Origin: Lytechinus pictus
Taxonomy: Eukaryota
Direction of reading: 5' to 3'
Assembly (NCBI RefSeq): GCF_037042905.1
Contig: NC_087252.1
Location: forward strand, 19,098,001 to 19,162,000
Length of the DNA stretch: 64,000 nt
The translations under genes and the position numbers were made by a program. The notes beneath the pieces are model-generated. The model was not told the DNA's origin, made no database searches, and saw only the letters and a list, made by a program, of their open reading frames with translations. This document shows, one piece after another, positions 35,312-49,400 of this stretch; positions within the stretch are counted from its first letter, which is position 1; every line of letters starts with the position of its first letter.

Positions 35312-37290
35312 TTAATGTTACGCGCTTTTTTGGTCTCTCATGGGTTTAACTTTCCGTATTATCGTTCTCGTTGCTTGAGTTTCTGTCACGTATTGGGTCT
35401 ATGTCTTTGTGGGTCAACGTTAATTGTGTATTGTCTGTCTCGTGGATCTTTACCTATCTGTCTGTATGTTTCGAGTTTGCACCTATTTTTTCCTAAGAGT
35501 GCATTATCGCGGGGAATTTAGCCATATCGGCAATTTCCCTCTCAGTCAAAAACAAAGTCACTTCCAATTAATATCCACAGACTCTGACACTGGGCTTAGT
35601 GGATGAAGTTTGAGTGCAATCTTCTCGCACAAAGCCTCCAAACCCCCTTTTACCGGGCCCCTATGAAAAATAGAATACATTGATATGGTTCTTGATTTTG
35701 TTGGTCATTTTTAAACAAATATATGATCACAATCAAGCACGAAAGGATTGCGTCGATGATGACTCTGAACTAGATTGTTTTCAGAATTCATCTGTTCCAT
35801 TCCATGCATTACCAAACAAAATAATGTGCGAAAGAGGATGGGTCTGGTGAATTTCTGGGTAGAAAGATCCTTTGTGACATCAGCATGCAGGTAGTCAGAG
35901 AGCGAAATAGACAGAGATAAGGAGAGAGGGGGAGAGAAAGGGTGGGTGAGAAAGAGAGAATGAAACAAGGCAAAAATAGAGGGTGTGATCTGTATGTCAT
36001 ATTCATAATATTCCTGGTAAACTGAATAAAGAATAGAATCGTCGGGGCACAGTGGAATTTTGGCGGTGAGAAGTGGATTGTTGACCGGGGACATAAAGGA
36101 ACAGCGGATCGTTAAGCTAAACAGTTTCACCACGCACGATTTTCTCTGAATGAAAATGGGATTCATTGTTTAAATTCTGATATTTTGTTGTTTAGCATTA
36201 CATGAACTGGTTTAGCAAGGGGGCAAAGTACCATCCCTACCAGCATGCCCCCCTCCTCCGTACTGATCGGTGAGGAGTCAAACAAAACGAAATATAAATA
36301 CAGGAGAAAGAATATAATTCGATGTAATTTCAAAATGTTATCTTAGTTCGAAAGCAATTAAACCTCTGTAAACTGCATGTTTATTAAACAAAAAACAATG
36401 TCTATTTTAAAAAAGAAATGAAATCTAGCACGGAAGCAATAACAAAGTTAAACAAGAGAAGTACATACATTTTCTAGTCAAACATTTTTGTCTTGTCCAT
36501 TCTATATAGATTGCATACATTTTGGGTGCTATAATAAGTGGATTTCTATGTTTGCGAAATACTTCGTGGCATTATTCTCAAAAGGGAATAGAGAGAGAGG
36601 AATGAGGGAGACAGAGATTGGAATGGGTCGCACAAAACGGAGTTTGATTATAACTGCATGGAGCATGAACCTGAATACAAAGAAGGAATAATCAATTCAA
36701 TTATTACGTTGCTTCAAATAAATTTTCATGGAAAATTAAGGATGATGAAGACAGAACCCGGCATCGCATCTTCACCCCCAGGAAAACAAACGCAACCACT
36801 TTTGAAGCAATTACTCGCTGTTCTCGAATCTCGGTATATATGTACGTGTGGCATATCGTTCCAAGATGTGGTGATTTAAAAGCAGAAGAAAGAAGAGAAA
36901 GATGCCGAAGAGGAAGAAGAAAAAGGAGGAGAAGAAGAAGAAGAACAACAAAATTAAAGAAAAACAAGAACAAGAAAAGAAAGAAGAAGGAGAAGAAGAA
37001 GTAGAAGAAGAAGTAGAAGAAGGAAAAGAAGAAGAAGAAGTCCCCCACCCACCACTCTCATATGCATTTATATTCATTTCTAATTTCCAGTATCGACTTA
37101 TTTGTGGTTGTGTCAATGTTGTTTGCATTTTTGACGATACCTTAATATTGGGCGTGTTTTCTGTGTGCCAATTTCATTTCCGATATGCGGAAAATTACTT
37201 GCTAACTTCTCATCCATTTCGCCATGAAGAAATGACGAAGATAAGTTGATATTGTGATTGCTGATTTGGTTGTATAATAATTCATTAACA

Positions 37291-37412
37291 ATGGTGACTT
37301 GTCGAGATGACCCCTGTGGATTCGTATGTATCATTATTACATACTGTGCAGTAATATATGCCGACTATGTCGTCGTAAATTGGTTGATAATACCATCGAG
37401 TATGTCGTCAAG
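37291..37412 (+). CDS. ZDHHC exon 1
   Basis: ACAATGG start context, [48 protein letters not shown] donor. Confidence 0.88.
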
Positions 37413-40400
37413 GTATGTGTGTAGCCCCATGCCTTGTAAATTATGTTAGTTGACCGTGACGAAGTGTATTCCTTTATCACAGTGAACCACTGCAGTTTTT
37501 TCGCCCTTTTTTAGCCGTTTTGCGTGTTATAACCTATGGGAAATTAAAACTTGCAGTTTTTTCGCCGTTTTGAAAACGGCGAACAAAGGGCGAATTTTCG
37601 GAGAAAAAAGGGCAGAAAAACGGCTACATTCACTTTTTACGTATTACTTGATATTCTATGGAGTGCCATCGTTGTCTAAAGCCATTATGAGAGAAGCAGG
37701 ATATTGATTTCTTCATGAAAACGGCGAATGAAAGAGACAAGGATCCGGGAAGAGAACCGAAAATAAAACGGCTAAAAAACGGAGACAAAAGGGCTAAAAA
37801 ACGGAGAAAAAAGGGAGAATCGATAATGGGATAAGAACGGAGAGAAAAGGGCTAAAAAACGGAGACAAAAGGGCTAAAAAACGGAGAATCGATAATGGGA
37901 TAAGAACGGAGAGAAAAGGGCTAAAAAACGGAGAAAAAATTGAGAATTCATTAAGGGGTAAGCGTTGCGTTAAACGGAGAGAAAAGGGCTAAAAAACGGA
38001 GAAAAAAACGGAGAATCGATAATGGGATAAGCGTTGCATTAAACGGAGAAACAGAGACATATGGTCGATTTAACATTGATCACATCAATTAATTTGAGCA
38101 TATTCAAAATCGATTGTAAGCAGTACCATATGATGTTAAACACTAAATTTTCAAACTCAATTATAAAGGCTTCATAACCATATGTCCGAACACATTGTAA
38201 CTCCCGAAAATTAGAACTTAAAATCTATTTCAAAATTGATCATAAAATTGATTTTGTCACATTTATAATCAATTGCAATACCATACTTCCAATATTTTAC
38301 ACTTTGTACGTTTTTAAAATCAATTTTAAGGCTTCATCTCCGTATGTCCAAATATATTGTAGGCCTATAGGCCCAGAGGCATACGGTCGATTTAAGATTG
38401 ATCACAAAATTGATTTGATCATACATGTATTTAAATTGATTGCAATACCATCCTTGCAATGATATATACATTTTCAAACACAATGGTAATGCTTCATGTC
38501 CGAACACAACTCCAAAATAGGATATAAAATAAATTTTGAGAATTGATCATGAAATTTATAGTATGGCTTTTAAAACCAAGTGCAATACCTAAGTTAACCT
38601 AACCTTTTTTGTACTTTTCGTATGTTTTTAAATAAATTGTAAGGCTTATTAGTTGTCGCATTGCCAAGGGAAGCATTTGCCCCATTTCTCCCTTTTGTAG
38701 CCGTTTTGCTAAGGGAGATATTCGCCTTTTTATAGCCGTTTTGCCAAGGGAGGTATTCGCCCTTTATTCGCCGTTTTAAGTTTGGGTCTCCTTTCAATTT
38801 GATGCAAATCATTGTTATACACACTTGGCTTTCCATAGTCAGCACCATATTTTTGTCGCCGTTTTTTAGCCGTTTTTTAGCCCTTTCATGTGCTCAAAAA
38901 CGGAGAAAAAAGGGAGAAAAAAGGGCAAAAAAACGGCGAATCACCCAAACTGGTCTGGCTCACTGTGTATCCATATCCACTTCACTTGGCCACTTGTTTT
39001 GATCTTCGTTCGCTTCTCATTCTCACATCCTGTGCCACATTAACAAGGTTAATTCAGGCATTCTTAATTATTCTGGTACAAACTAAAGATCACTTTACTA
39101 AGCACAAAGTGGCTGAATGAGGGAGAGCTGCAATTATCAAGTGCAAAGCTAAACCAAAAAAATTGCAAAAACGATTGATGAGTCTCGCACTCCACTCATT
39201 CAATGAAAAAGGTTATGAAATATGATATAACCTTGTTCTCTGTTACATCTCCATGTGTGGCAAAATAAATAAGGGTGCCAATGTTTGGCTTATTTTTTCT
39301 TTGAGACAAATGCTGGATTTTTTTTACATTGTCAGTTGCCATTACAGCTATTCATCATATAAATTGGCTCTTAACTTAAGTAAATTTTATTCTTTGAATT
39401 CTTTTTTCTTAATTAAAAATAGAGGAACAACTGCAGAATACCCGGACACTGCGTTACCTTATCGTTGGAGAGCCAACGCACAACGATGTACTTAAGCTAT
39501 CAAATCAGAAAATCAGCTATAATAAATAATTGAATGATTTACAACTTACAAGTATTTTTTGAATAGATTCTAAGTGTTCAGACTGCGCTGTAATGCTAAC
39601 GATGCGAGCGCGCGCGATTAGTATGTAGACCAACAGTGTCCGCGATGCCAACGATGTGTATATTTTCGTAGTACGTGTAGGCCAACACAGTCCGCGATGC
39701 TAGCGGTGCGTTGGTGTCCGTAGTACAGGCCAACACTGCCCGCGATGCCAACGATCTATATATATATCTGTGTGCATCTGTAGTATGTAGGCCGACATTG
39801 CCCGCGATGCCAACGATGTGTATATTTTCGTAGTACGTGTAGGCCAACACAGTCCGCGATGGTAGCGGTGTGTTGGTGTCTGTAGTCGGTACAGGCCAAC
39901 ACTGCCCTCGATGCCAACGATCTATATCTGTGTTCTGTAGTATGTAGACCAACAGTGTCCGCGATGCCAACGATGTGTATATTTCCGTAGTATGTGTAGA
40001 CCAACATTGCCCGCGATGCCAACGATGTGTTGGTGTCTGTAGTACAGGCCAACATTGCCCTCGATGCCAACGATGCGATCATATCTGTAGTTGCCTATGT
40101 AAACCAACATTGCCCGCCATGGCAACGATGTGTTGGTGTCTGTAGTACATGCCAACAGTGCCCGCGATGCCAACGATGCGATCATATCTGTAGTTTCCTA
40201 TGTAGACCAACATTGCCCGCGATGCCAACGATGTGTTGGTGTCTGTACTGTAGAGTACAGGCCAACATTGCCCTCGATGCCAACGATGTGAATGTATCTT
40301 TAGTAGGTATAGGCCAACAGCGCCCGCGATGCCAACGATGTGTTGGTGCCTGTAGTAGATGCCAACAGTGCCAACGATGCCAACAATGTAAATGTATCTT

Positions 40401-43400
40401 TAGTACGTATAGGCCAACAGCGCCGGACAGGATGCCAACGATGTGTTGGTGTCTGTAGTATAGGCCAACCTTGCCCGCGATGCCAACGATGTGAATGTAT
40501 CTTTTGTATGTATAGGCCAACAGCGCCCGCGATGCCAACGATGTGTTGGTGCCTGTAGTAGATGCCAACAGTGCCAACGATGCCAACAATGTAAATGTAT
40601 CTTTAGTACGTATAGGCCAGCAGCGCCGGCCAGGATGCCAACGATGTGTTAGTGTCTGTAGTACAGGCCAACCTTGCCATCGATGCCAACGATGTGAATG
40701 TATCTTTAGTAAGTATAGGCCAACTTTGCCGGCGATGCCAACGATGTGAACGTATGTTTAGTATGTATATACCAACAGCGCCCGCGATGCCAACGATGTG
40801 TTGGTGCCTGTAGTAGATGCCAACAGTGCCAACGATACCCTAACCCTAACCCTAAACCTAACCCTAACCCTAACCCTATGCGACACCCCCACCTATTAGG
40901 ATATTGAAGGTAAAATTGCGCTGCCGTCGGGAAAATGAGATGAGGGGGAGGTAAAAAAAGAGGGCGAAAGAAAAAAAAAAGAAGGTAAAGTAAAGAAAGA
41001 AAGAAAAGAGAAGAGAAGAAAGAAAGAGAAAAAAAGGAAAGGAGAAGAAAAAAGTAAAAAATAAAAAGGAACTTGACAATATAAACTTCAAATGGTATGG
41101 AATAAGGAGGGGGTATTGTACGTGTGGGACACTTTTGTGCCCCGATCGGCAAAACATGTGAGTGGTTTGTACTCGAAGAAAGAGTATTTGTGTTTAGAAA
41201 TAATCCAAAATATGATGAGGTACTGGTGGCATAAATTTTAATGATAACAAATAAGATGATGATCAAATCATGACCTTAATATTCAAAAGCTCATCCAAGT
41301 CCTTTGGGCAAGAGTTTCCGATTATCTCTAAAGCTCCCGCTTTATTGTGTATGAGCTTTGTGAGCTCTCCCCTATTGTTCCTATATTTGACTCTTTCCAT
41401 ATGCATATTCCCTATATTTCCGTCTGTTGTTTTCCTCTTCTTTTTATGTTTCTTTTATTTTTATCTCCCTCTCTCACTCATTTTCTATAATTTTATATAG
41501 CTATATTCACAATTTGCATTTATGCTTTGAAAAAATGATTATTGTATTGCTCTAGTTGCGACCGCATCCAAAAATCGAAATCTACCGTCATTTAAAAAAA
41601 ATCTGTTTACCGTTTTTTAGAATACATTCAAAACTGAAAAATATCAGCCCAAAGAAGAAGACAAAAAGAAAAAAATGAGTGACTGACTGGCTTTTTTCAT
41701 CTTTGGTAATAACATATACATAAAAATGAGCTGTAAAGGGTACATGAGCATTTGTCTAGGCATCGATCAATAACCCACTTCTTGTAATGGCCAAAATTAA
41801 ACTAATTGAATCTTTGGGCAGCATAAAACGTACGACCATTTGGTACAATGGTCTGAAAAATCAGACTATTACTTAGTAGCTCTATATAGCTCCTAAGTCG
41901 ATTCGACAACCGTATAGTCGTTATCTTCCCACTTAAAGTCATGAGTCAAGCCCCCCTTTTTAAGGGAAGTTCTAAATTAGTATTGTCTTTCAAATGCCAT
42001 TGGAATTTAACCTTTTCATTTTTTTTTGACCTGCAAATGGGACATACTACCTTTAAAAGAAGTTTATTAATCTTGTACTATTGCACCGTCACATCGTGGG
42101 TCGTTGGTTAGCCAACGATGTTTTGAATGTTACATTGCACAGTCACATCGTTGGTCGTTGGCTAGCGGCGCACCCAACGATGTATAGCTCTAGTAGGTCA
42201 TTTAAAAGAAGTTTATTAATCTTGTATTATTGCACCGTCACATCGTGGGTCGTTGGTTAGCCAACGATGTTTTGAATGTTGCATTGCACGGTCACATCGT
42301 TGGTCGTTGGCTAGCGGCGCACCCAACGATGTATAGCAATAGCTAGTAGTAGTAGGTAATTTAAAAGAGTGTATTAATCTTGTACTATTGCACCTTCACA
42401 TCGTGGGTCGTTGGTTAGCCAACGATGTTTTAAATGTTACATGGCACCGTCACATCGTTGGTCGTTGGCTAGCGGCGCACCCAACGATGTATATAGCTCT
42501 AGTAGGTAATTTAAAAGAGTGTATTAATCTTATTTTATAATATAACAGTTTCACATCGTGGGTCGTTGGTTAGCCAACGATGTTTTGAATATTATATTGC
42601 ACCGTCCGTACCGTCACAACGTGGGTCGTTGGCTAGCAGCGCACCCAACGATGTTTAATTATAGCTCTAGTAGTAGTCAAAGGGCAAAGGTCATTACGTA
42701 TGGCCTGGATGCATTGCTCGTACGTACCGTCATACGTACGTACGTACGTAGTATAGTAGTAGTACCAGTAATGCATGTACGTATATAATAGTATGGATAT
42801 ATCTAGGCTATATACCATTGAATTAGTATATAGCTATAGGTCTTGACATCGTTGTGTTGGCTGACCAACGATTGGGTAGTGAGCAGTGTCGGGGTATTCT
42901 GCAGTTAAGCCAAAATAGAGATTGAAAAATTAATTTTTTTTTGCCATATTACTTTCCACCAATAGAGGGCGTACACAAAAATTCAAGTGTTTGAGTGATC
43001 TGGGGAGTACAAAAATTATTCCCAAGTTACTAATGAAAAATAAATTGCAACTGTATGGAAATTAGTAATTTCGGTCACAAAAGTGATATTTTAATGATTT
43101 TTAAAAGCGTGTGCTCTGTTCAGCGTTGGCATACCATAGTCCTACCTGTAGATTCTCCACAGGCAGGATGGTTGCAGTGAGCAAGTGTCGCACTCTAACG
43201 TTAATGTAACCCAGGGAGCTCCAGCCCGTGAAGCGTACCGGAGCTCCGTTGGTTAACATTAACGATTACTTGGGCTCGGATCAGTCTCAGACTGAGAAGC
43301 AATCTTTGTTTTCCCAACTCAGTCGACATTTTGGGTCGACAAGTTGGCTCCATCGTAAAGTAACGCCATAAACATGGCGTCAATTAAATTTATAAATCAA

Positions 43401-46400
43401 TTTTTTTTTTTACATTATTTAGTCAGGCTATTGGAAAATTACTTTAAAATAATTTCCCTTTAATCAGTAGAGGTGCTGGTCAGAAAATTTGGATCATCCC
43501 AGTTTACAGGGACTGTCAGTTTTCAAATATTTCTCCACTTAAGAAATCTAGGAAAGTTCATTCACCTATCAAGTGCGCTAGTCAGTGTAAACATATCTAT
43601 AAGGTTTCATAACAAGATGATTGGAAGACGGCAATTCGTGAATGATAGACGGTGAACTAGGGGGAATTGAGGTCACTGAATCTATTTTTAGCACTCTAAA
43701 TCCCCCTAAGGCGTAATTGTCATCTAGGTCCCGTAGGGGTAAGTGAAAAAAAAAACTCCCCATGAACAAGGACAGTCTCAATTTATCAAGACATGATTTG
43801 TCTTGGTTTATGAGGATATCCTTGTTTTCTGGGACAATACCAATTGTTGGACCAGCACCTCTACTGTTCATTTATTTTAACCATTCAAATTAAACACAGA
43901 TATCACCAACAAATGATATAGATCTAGCCAGGTTTTTTTTTTATGTAACTATTGCAGAATATAATATACATCATGTGCTATAATTTGATATGTTCAGGTG
44001 ATCTCAAAAAGACTTAAAGAACTTTTTCAATGATGGTAGTGTAGAACTATTTACAAGATTCTACTTATAATAATTAACATATGAATTTCAGATTTTTTTA
44101 AAATGTCAAGCATGTATTGAGATCAGTGATAATTTCTTTGAATATTTACTACTAATAGTACTATCTGCTATTAATATCCTGTCCATTGATATTCAAATCC
44201 ATACTTAACCTTCAAAGTTGTAGTGGATGACTGGTTTATAGACCTTAGTTTTGTTCCGAGGATCATGTTACTGTAACTGAATACTGTGTTAGCTCTAAAT
44301 CTAAAAGAATTCTTCTGCTTCGATCATGCAGATGTAGTCTGTGATTATATAATAAAAAATGTTTTTCACATGTCTACACACCAATCAGATGAACCTTTTC
44401 AGTGATGCAGTCTGTCTCTTTCAATCCCGATGATTCTATTATTTCTTCTCTGAACTTCATTCAGCTCCCTGTCTGTCTTTCTCTTTCTTGGCCGGTACAA
44501 AAAATTCCTTGAATTCAAGTTGTTGACCCCCAAAATTAGAAACTATGCAAATTGCTTGTTTCGCATTCTCAAAAGTAATTCTACATCTTCTTCAACTCTG
44601 CCCTTTTTTCTTTCTTCCTGTTTAAATATCTTTCTCTGATCTTTCTTCCTACATGAAGACGATGATGATGATGATCCACAGCATTTATATTGCGCCATAT
44701 ATCTGTTAAAAAACATTCATAGGTGCAGGCTCATCCAATAAGTTAATCACTACACATCTGCCGAAATAAGTGAGTTTCGAGAGACGATTTAAAGAGTTCT
44801 ATGCTGTCATTTTCACGAAGTGAAAAAGGGAGGGAGTTCCAAAGGCATGGAGCAATAGATGAAAAAGCACGGTCTCCAAATCCCCTTAAGTGTGTGATGG
44901 GTACATGAAGAGTGACACCAGTACCAGATGAGCGTAAGCCAGGACGTACACGGCGTTCTATTTAAGGGAAGTCACGTATCGTACACAAGAAATAAAATTC
45001 CAAGTAAAAAAACTCTTATTTTTTACCTTTAAAATAAAATTTCCCCTTTCTTTCAATCTCCTTTTTCACTCTAAATTATTCCTTTTTCTTTCTTCCTACC
45101 AATCACTTTCCTTCATTGTTCTTTTTTTCTAATTTTAAAATTCATTTTCCTGTTATCTTTGTTTTGTTTTTTGTCTTTTTAATAGCCTGTGGGGAGCCGT
45201 CCATGCCCTAATCTTCAACTGCATTGTTCTATGTTTGACTGTTGCACATCTCAGAGCAGTACTTTCAGACCCTGGTAAGTACATGAAGAATTCTTTAGAA
45301 TTTGAATTATGAAAAATTGACACTAATAACTCGGTCACATTTGCTCTATGGCAGCCGTATGGCAAGTCAAAAACAGCCATTCATTTTTATTCAAACAGCC
45401 TATTATGTAACTGGTACAAAAAATGTGAAAACGGCTGTTTTCGAGTCGACGTGGAGCAAATGTGACCAAGGTATTATTCATGTCCATAGCTGCATTATTC
45501 CAAGTTTAAAGATTAAGTTAGAATTAAAGGGGAATCCAGCCTTGGCCATAAAATGTTGTGTTGGGAAGCAGAAAAATAAATTAATCAGAATGGTGAAAGT
45601 TTGAAAGAAATCGGACAAGTAATAAGAAAGTTATGGCTGCTTTAAAATTGGGATCACTAATAGTATGTAGATTTCAAATTGGCAAATGGGTTAGTAAATT
45701 ATGACAAGGGGCAAGGACAACTTTCCCATAGGCCATGTACTTTATTATCAGGGTTTTGTGGTTTTCTCTTAAGTACCCATTCCCCTGGGGCAGTAATCTA
45801 AATATAACCCAGGTAGTATATTGTTTAATGTCCTCATGAAAGAAAAATGTAATTTGAAATAAAACTTTTCGGAAAAATGACATTTTAGCCATGATATGTA
45901 GTGGAGTACATGAAAGAGTAGTCCTTGCCTTACATCACTATGACATCCCAATGTGGCCAATTTGAAGTCTCCATGAGTATAGTGATTACCAATATTTACA
46001 ACTTTTAAAAATTCATAACTTTCTTGTTGATTGTCCAATATTGTTCAAACTTTCACATATCAACTTGTCTGATTTATCTCTTTCTTATAAAAACAAGTTT
46101 TTATTTTGGTTGGATTCCCCTTTAAGCATTAAGAATTCAGTATCGACCCTGTTTCTATTTCAATTATGAACATTTGACACGAATTCCTTTCCATGACTGG
46201 TATTAAAATTTTTTTTTTTAATGAATACAGTAAATTTCACATAATAATGATAATAGCAATACTGTGACTTATAAAGTGACACGTCCTCTCTGTACATGTA
46301 GATTGCTCAAGGATCGTAAAGAAATTAGAAAGTGAATTTAAGAGTCTTTTTTTGTGTAGGACTCAACAGAGATACTGTACAAATTTTGATGTTTTCAGAA

Positions 46401-49400
46401 ATTCTATTCCAAAGTATGGGGCATGCATGAGCAAATGATCTTTCCCTTCATGTTTTTGAAACTTGTGGAACCACTAGCAAACCAGAGAGTTTGCTACTGA
46501 AAGAGTTGTTTTGAATCATTTTATCTTTAGTTAACCCTTCAAGTTATTCTTTCTGACAAAGTAGTGAATTATCTATTGCACCAGTTAAAGCGACCTTTCA
46601 TTGAAAAATCATGGGGGAATCAAGGCTAATCTCAGAACAGAGAAGGGATTCAGTCTTTTACTCTGCTCAATGCCTGGGGATGTTATGTAATAGATGCCGG
46701 CATGTCTGGGAGGATAGCAATAGTTAGAAGACTAACCAACCAGAAGTAAACTGCATGTTTTCACTTTGAAACGTGTAACTCCACAGAAGTTATTATTTTG
46801 GTTTAGCAATCAAGAGACCTGCTAAGAGTCTAGGAATTGGGATTGTTGGAAACGAGAACTGCGCGACGACCCGAAGTAAATAACGATCACGAGTTCGGTC
46901 AAATTTGTGCTGTCCGAACTTTTATCGCATTAGTCCGACGGGCGCTCATGACGGACGGATTATTTTATGCAAGTCAATTGGCCTTTTGCAAATTTCGTAT
47001 TGATTCAATTTCCCCATAATTTGTCAATGACAGGCCGCTTTAAACCACTTACAAATCTAGTTCTAAGAACTTAAAATCTCCGTCTCTCATTTTTATCAGC
47101 ATTTCTGTTGTTTTCTTCTCAACAGGAATTGTGCCGTTACCCACCACTGCCATAGATTTCTCAGACGTAAGAACAGGTCAAGCTCCAAAGTCAAGAGTTG
47201 ACAGGGTGAGTGGCAAAAAGTGACACCAAAATACCCTACTTTCCACACCACACTGGCAGACTTCGGTCAAGTGAGGGCGTAGCGGTTTTTGTCTCGCCTG
47301 CATAGCAGAGCGAGACTATAGGCGCCGCTTTTCCGACGGCGGCGGCGGCGGCGGCATCAACATCAAATCATTTTTTAAATGACATCATAACTTAGAAGGT
47401 ATATGGACCTAGTTCATGTAACTTAGGCATAAGGTTAATCAAGTATTAGTGAACATCCTGCTCGAGTTTCAGGTCACCTGACCAAGGTCAAAGGTCATTT
47501 AGGGTCAATGAACTTTGGTCAAGTTGGGGGTATTTGTTGAATTACTATCATAACTTTGAAAATGTATGGATCTAGTTCATGAAACTTGGACATAAGGTTA
47601 ATCAAGTATTAGCAAACATCATGTGTGAGTTTCAGGTCACATGACCATGGTCAATGGTCATTTAAGGTCAATGAACTTTGGCCGTGTTGGGGGTATTTCT
47701 TAAATTACCATCCTAACTCTGAAAGTTTACGGATTTAGTTCATAAAACTTGGACATAAGAGTAATCAAGTATCACTGAACATCCTGTACGAGTTTCAGGT
47801 CACATGACCATGGTCAAAGGTCATTAAAGGTCAATGAACTTTGGCCGTGTTGGGGGTATTTGTTAAATTACCATCCTAACTCTGAAAGTTTATGGATCTA
47901 GTTCATAAAACTTGGGATATAAGAGTAATCAAGTATCACTGAACATCCCCTGTGAGTTTCAGGTCACAAAACCAAGGTCAAAGGTCAGTTAAGGTCAATA
48001 AACTTAGGCCATGTTGGGGTAATTGTTGAATTGCCATCATAACTTTGAAAGTTTATAGATAGAGTGAATGAAATGTGGACATGGATGTAGTTGACAAGTC
48101 TTAAGTCACCGTTCAAATGTCATTTATGGTCAATGAACGTGGTATTATGTCATTATATGAATGGAGTTTTTGTGAATGATTATTTTATAGTAGTTTTCAA
48201 AGTTAGCACTGCTGCTATATTAAATCGCGTAATGCAGGCAAGACTGCCAGAGGCATTCCACTTGTATTTTTAATTTTCTTGAGTCTATTTTAAGAAAGGG
48301 TAAAGCCAGTATTAAGTTTTGCTGCCCCAAAACATGAAATAGTTTGCCAGCACATCTATTTTTGTTCATATACAGAAACCTTTAGCAAAATTTGAATAAT
48401 TTCTTTTGAATTATTCTTCCAGAATTGTATGTAAAGCACATAGACAAGTACTTATTTGCTTTGCACTTCATTATTGTTAGTTTATTACTTATCAAGTGAG
48501 ATAATACTGGAGAAAGGTAAAGAATGTAAATTAAACTTTTTATACTACATTATGATGTATGAAAGAACATTGTGTTCCAAGCAGACTTTGTGATAACAAA
48601 TTACCAACCGTGCTCAAGTAAGGCACATTACAGCAAAGCCATTGATGAAGTTGTGTGTTAAAAACAATGTGCGCATTAAAACTGATGCACAGCATTCAGT
48701 CACACTTCAACTCTGTTTTGAATTAGCCCCCATATTAATTGATAAAAAGTCACACTTCAAAGCATGATATGTTTGCTTTGCCTTGTTAACCCGTGTGCTG
48801 GCTCAGGTGGTAGAGCGTCCGTCTCACAACCGGGAGGTCGGGAGTTCAAACCATGGCTGCGTCAGACCAAAAGACGTTAACCTTAAATGCTGGGAGTTGC
48901 TGCTTCCCTCTTTGGCATTCAACGATTAAAAGGATAGAGCCTCGTTGGTATGGCGCTGCACAGCGGCTGCCGGGCCCACGATCAATTGGGCAAAGCAATT
49001 TTTAGAGTATTTCATTTCATGTCTATTTTGAACAGTAAAATATGGATTTTCATCTTTTCATTTCATCTTTTTTTATAATCTCTACGATGTAGGTATCTGG
49101 TCAGAATTGGACTGTCTGTCAAAAGTGTGAGGCATATCGACCCCCGAGGGCGCACCACTGTCGGATCTGTAGACGATGCATTCGCAAGATGGATCACCAT
49201 TGTCCATGGTAAATAGCTTTTTAAAAAGATTGTTTAACCCGTTGAAAACTGAATTCCGTGATTCCAATAGGCTTTGTACAGGGATCATCCAGTTCCTGTG
49301 GGCAACAGGTTAAGATCATTGTTGTCCAAAAGTCAATCTCAAGGCTTCGTAGAGTCTTGTAGTGCTTCTAGGAAAACATAAACTTGTTACTCTTTTAATT

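Noticed and set aside
35711..36166. 151-aa minus-strand ORF and an exon-like plus frame (YDHNQARKDCVDD...CERGWVW)
   Set aside because: There is no recognisable domain, the ORF spans a GA microsatellite, and there is no consistent set of splice partners.
36870..37045. Lys/Glu-rich 115-aa ORF upstream of ZDHHC
   Set aside because: It is the translation of a (GAA)n purine tract.
32920..37291. Functional coupling of the divergent genes (the DHHC enzyme palmitoylating the oxidase)
   Set aside because: The oxidase TM helix and cytoplasmic tail contain no Cys, and a 4.4-kb gap is too long for a typical bidirectional promoter.
39596..40835. CRISPR-like appearance of the repeated GATGCCAACGATG motifs with variable spacers, and the Cys/His-rich ORFs they generate
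   Set aside because: The spacers are reshuffled copies of a few modules rather than unique sequences, there are no cas genes, and the array lies inside a TIR/TSD-bounded transposon in a eukaryotic intron.
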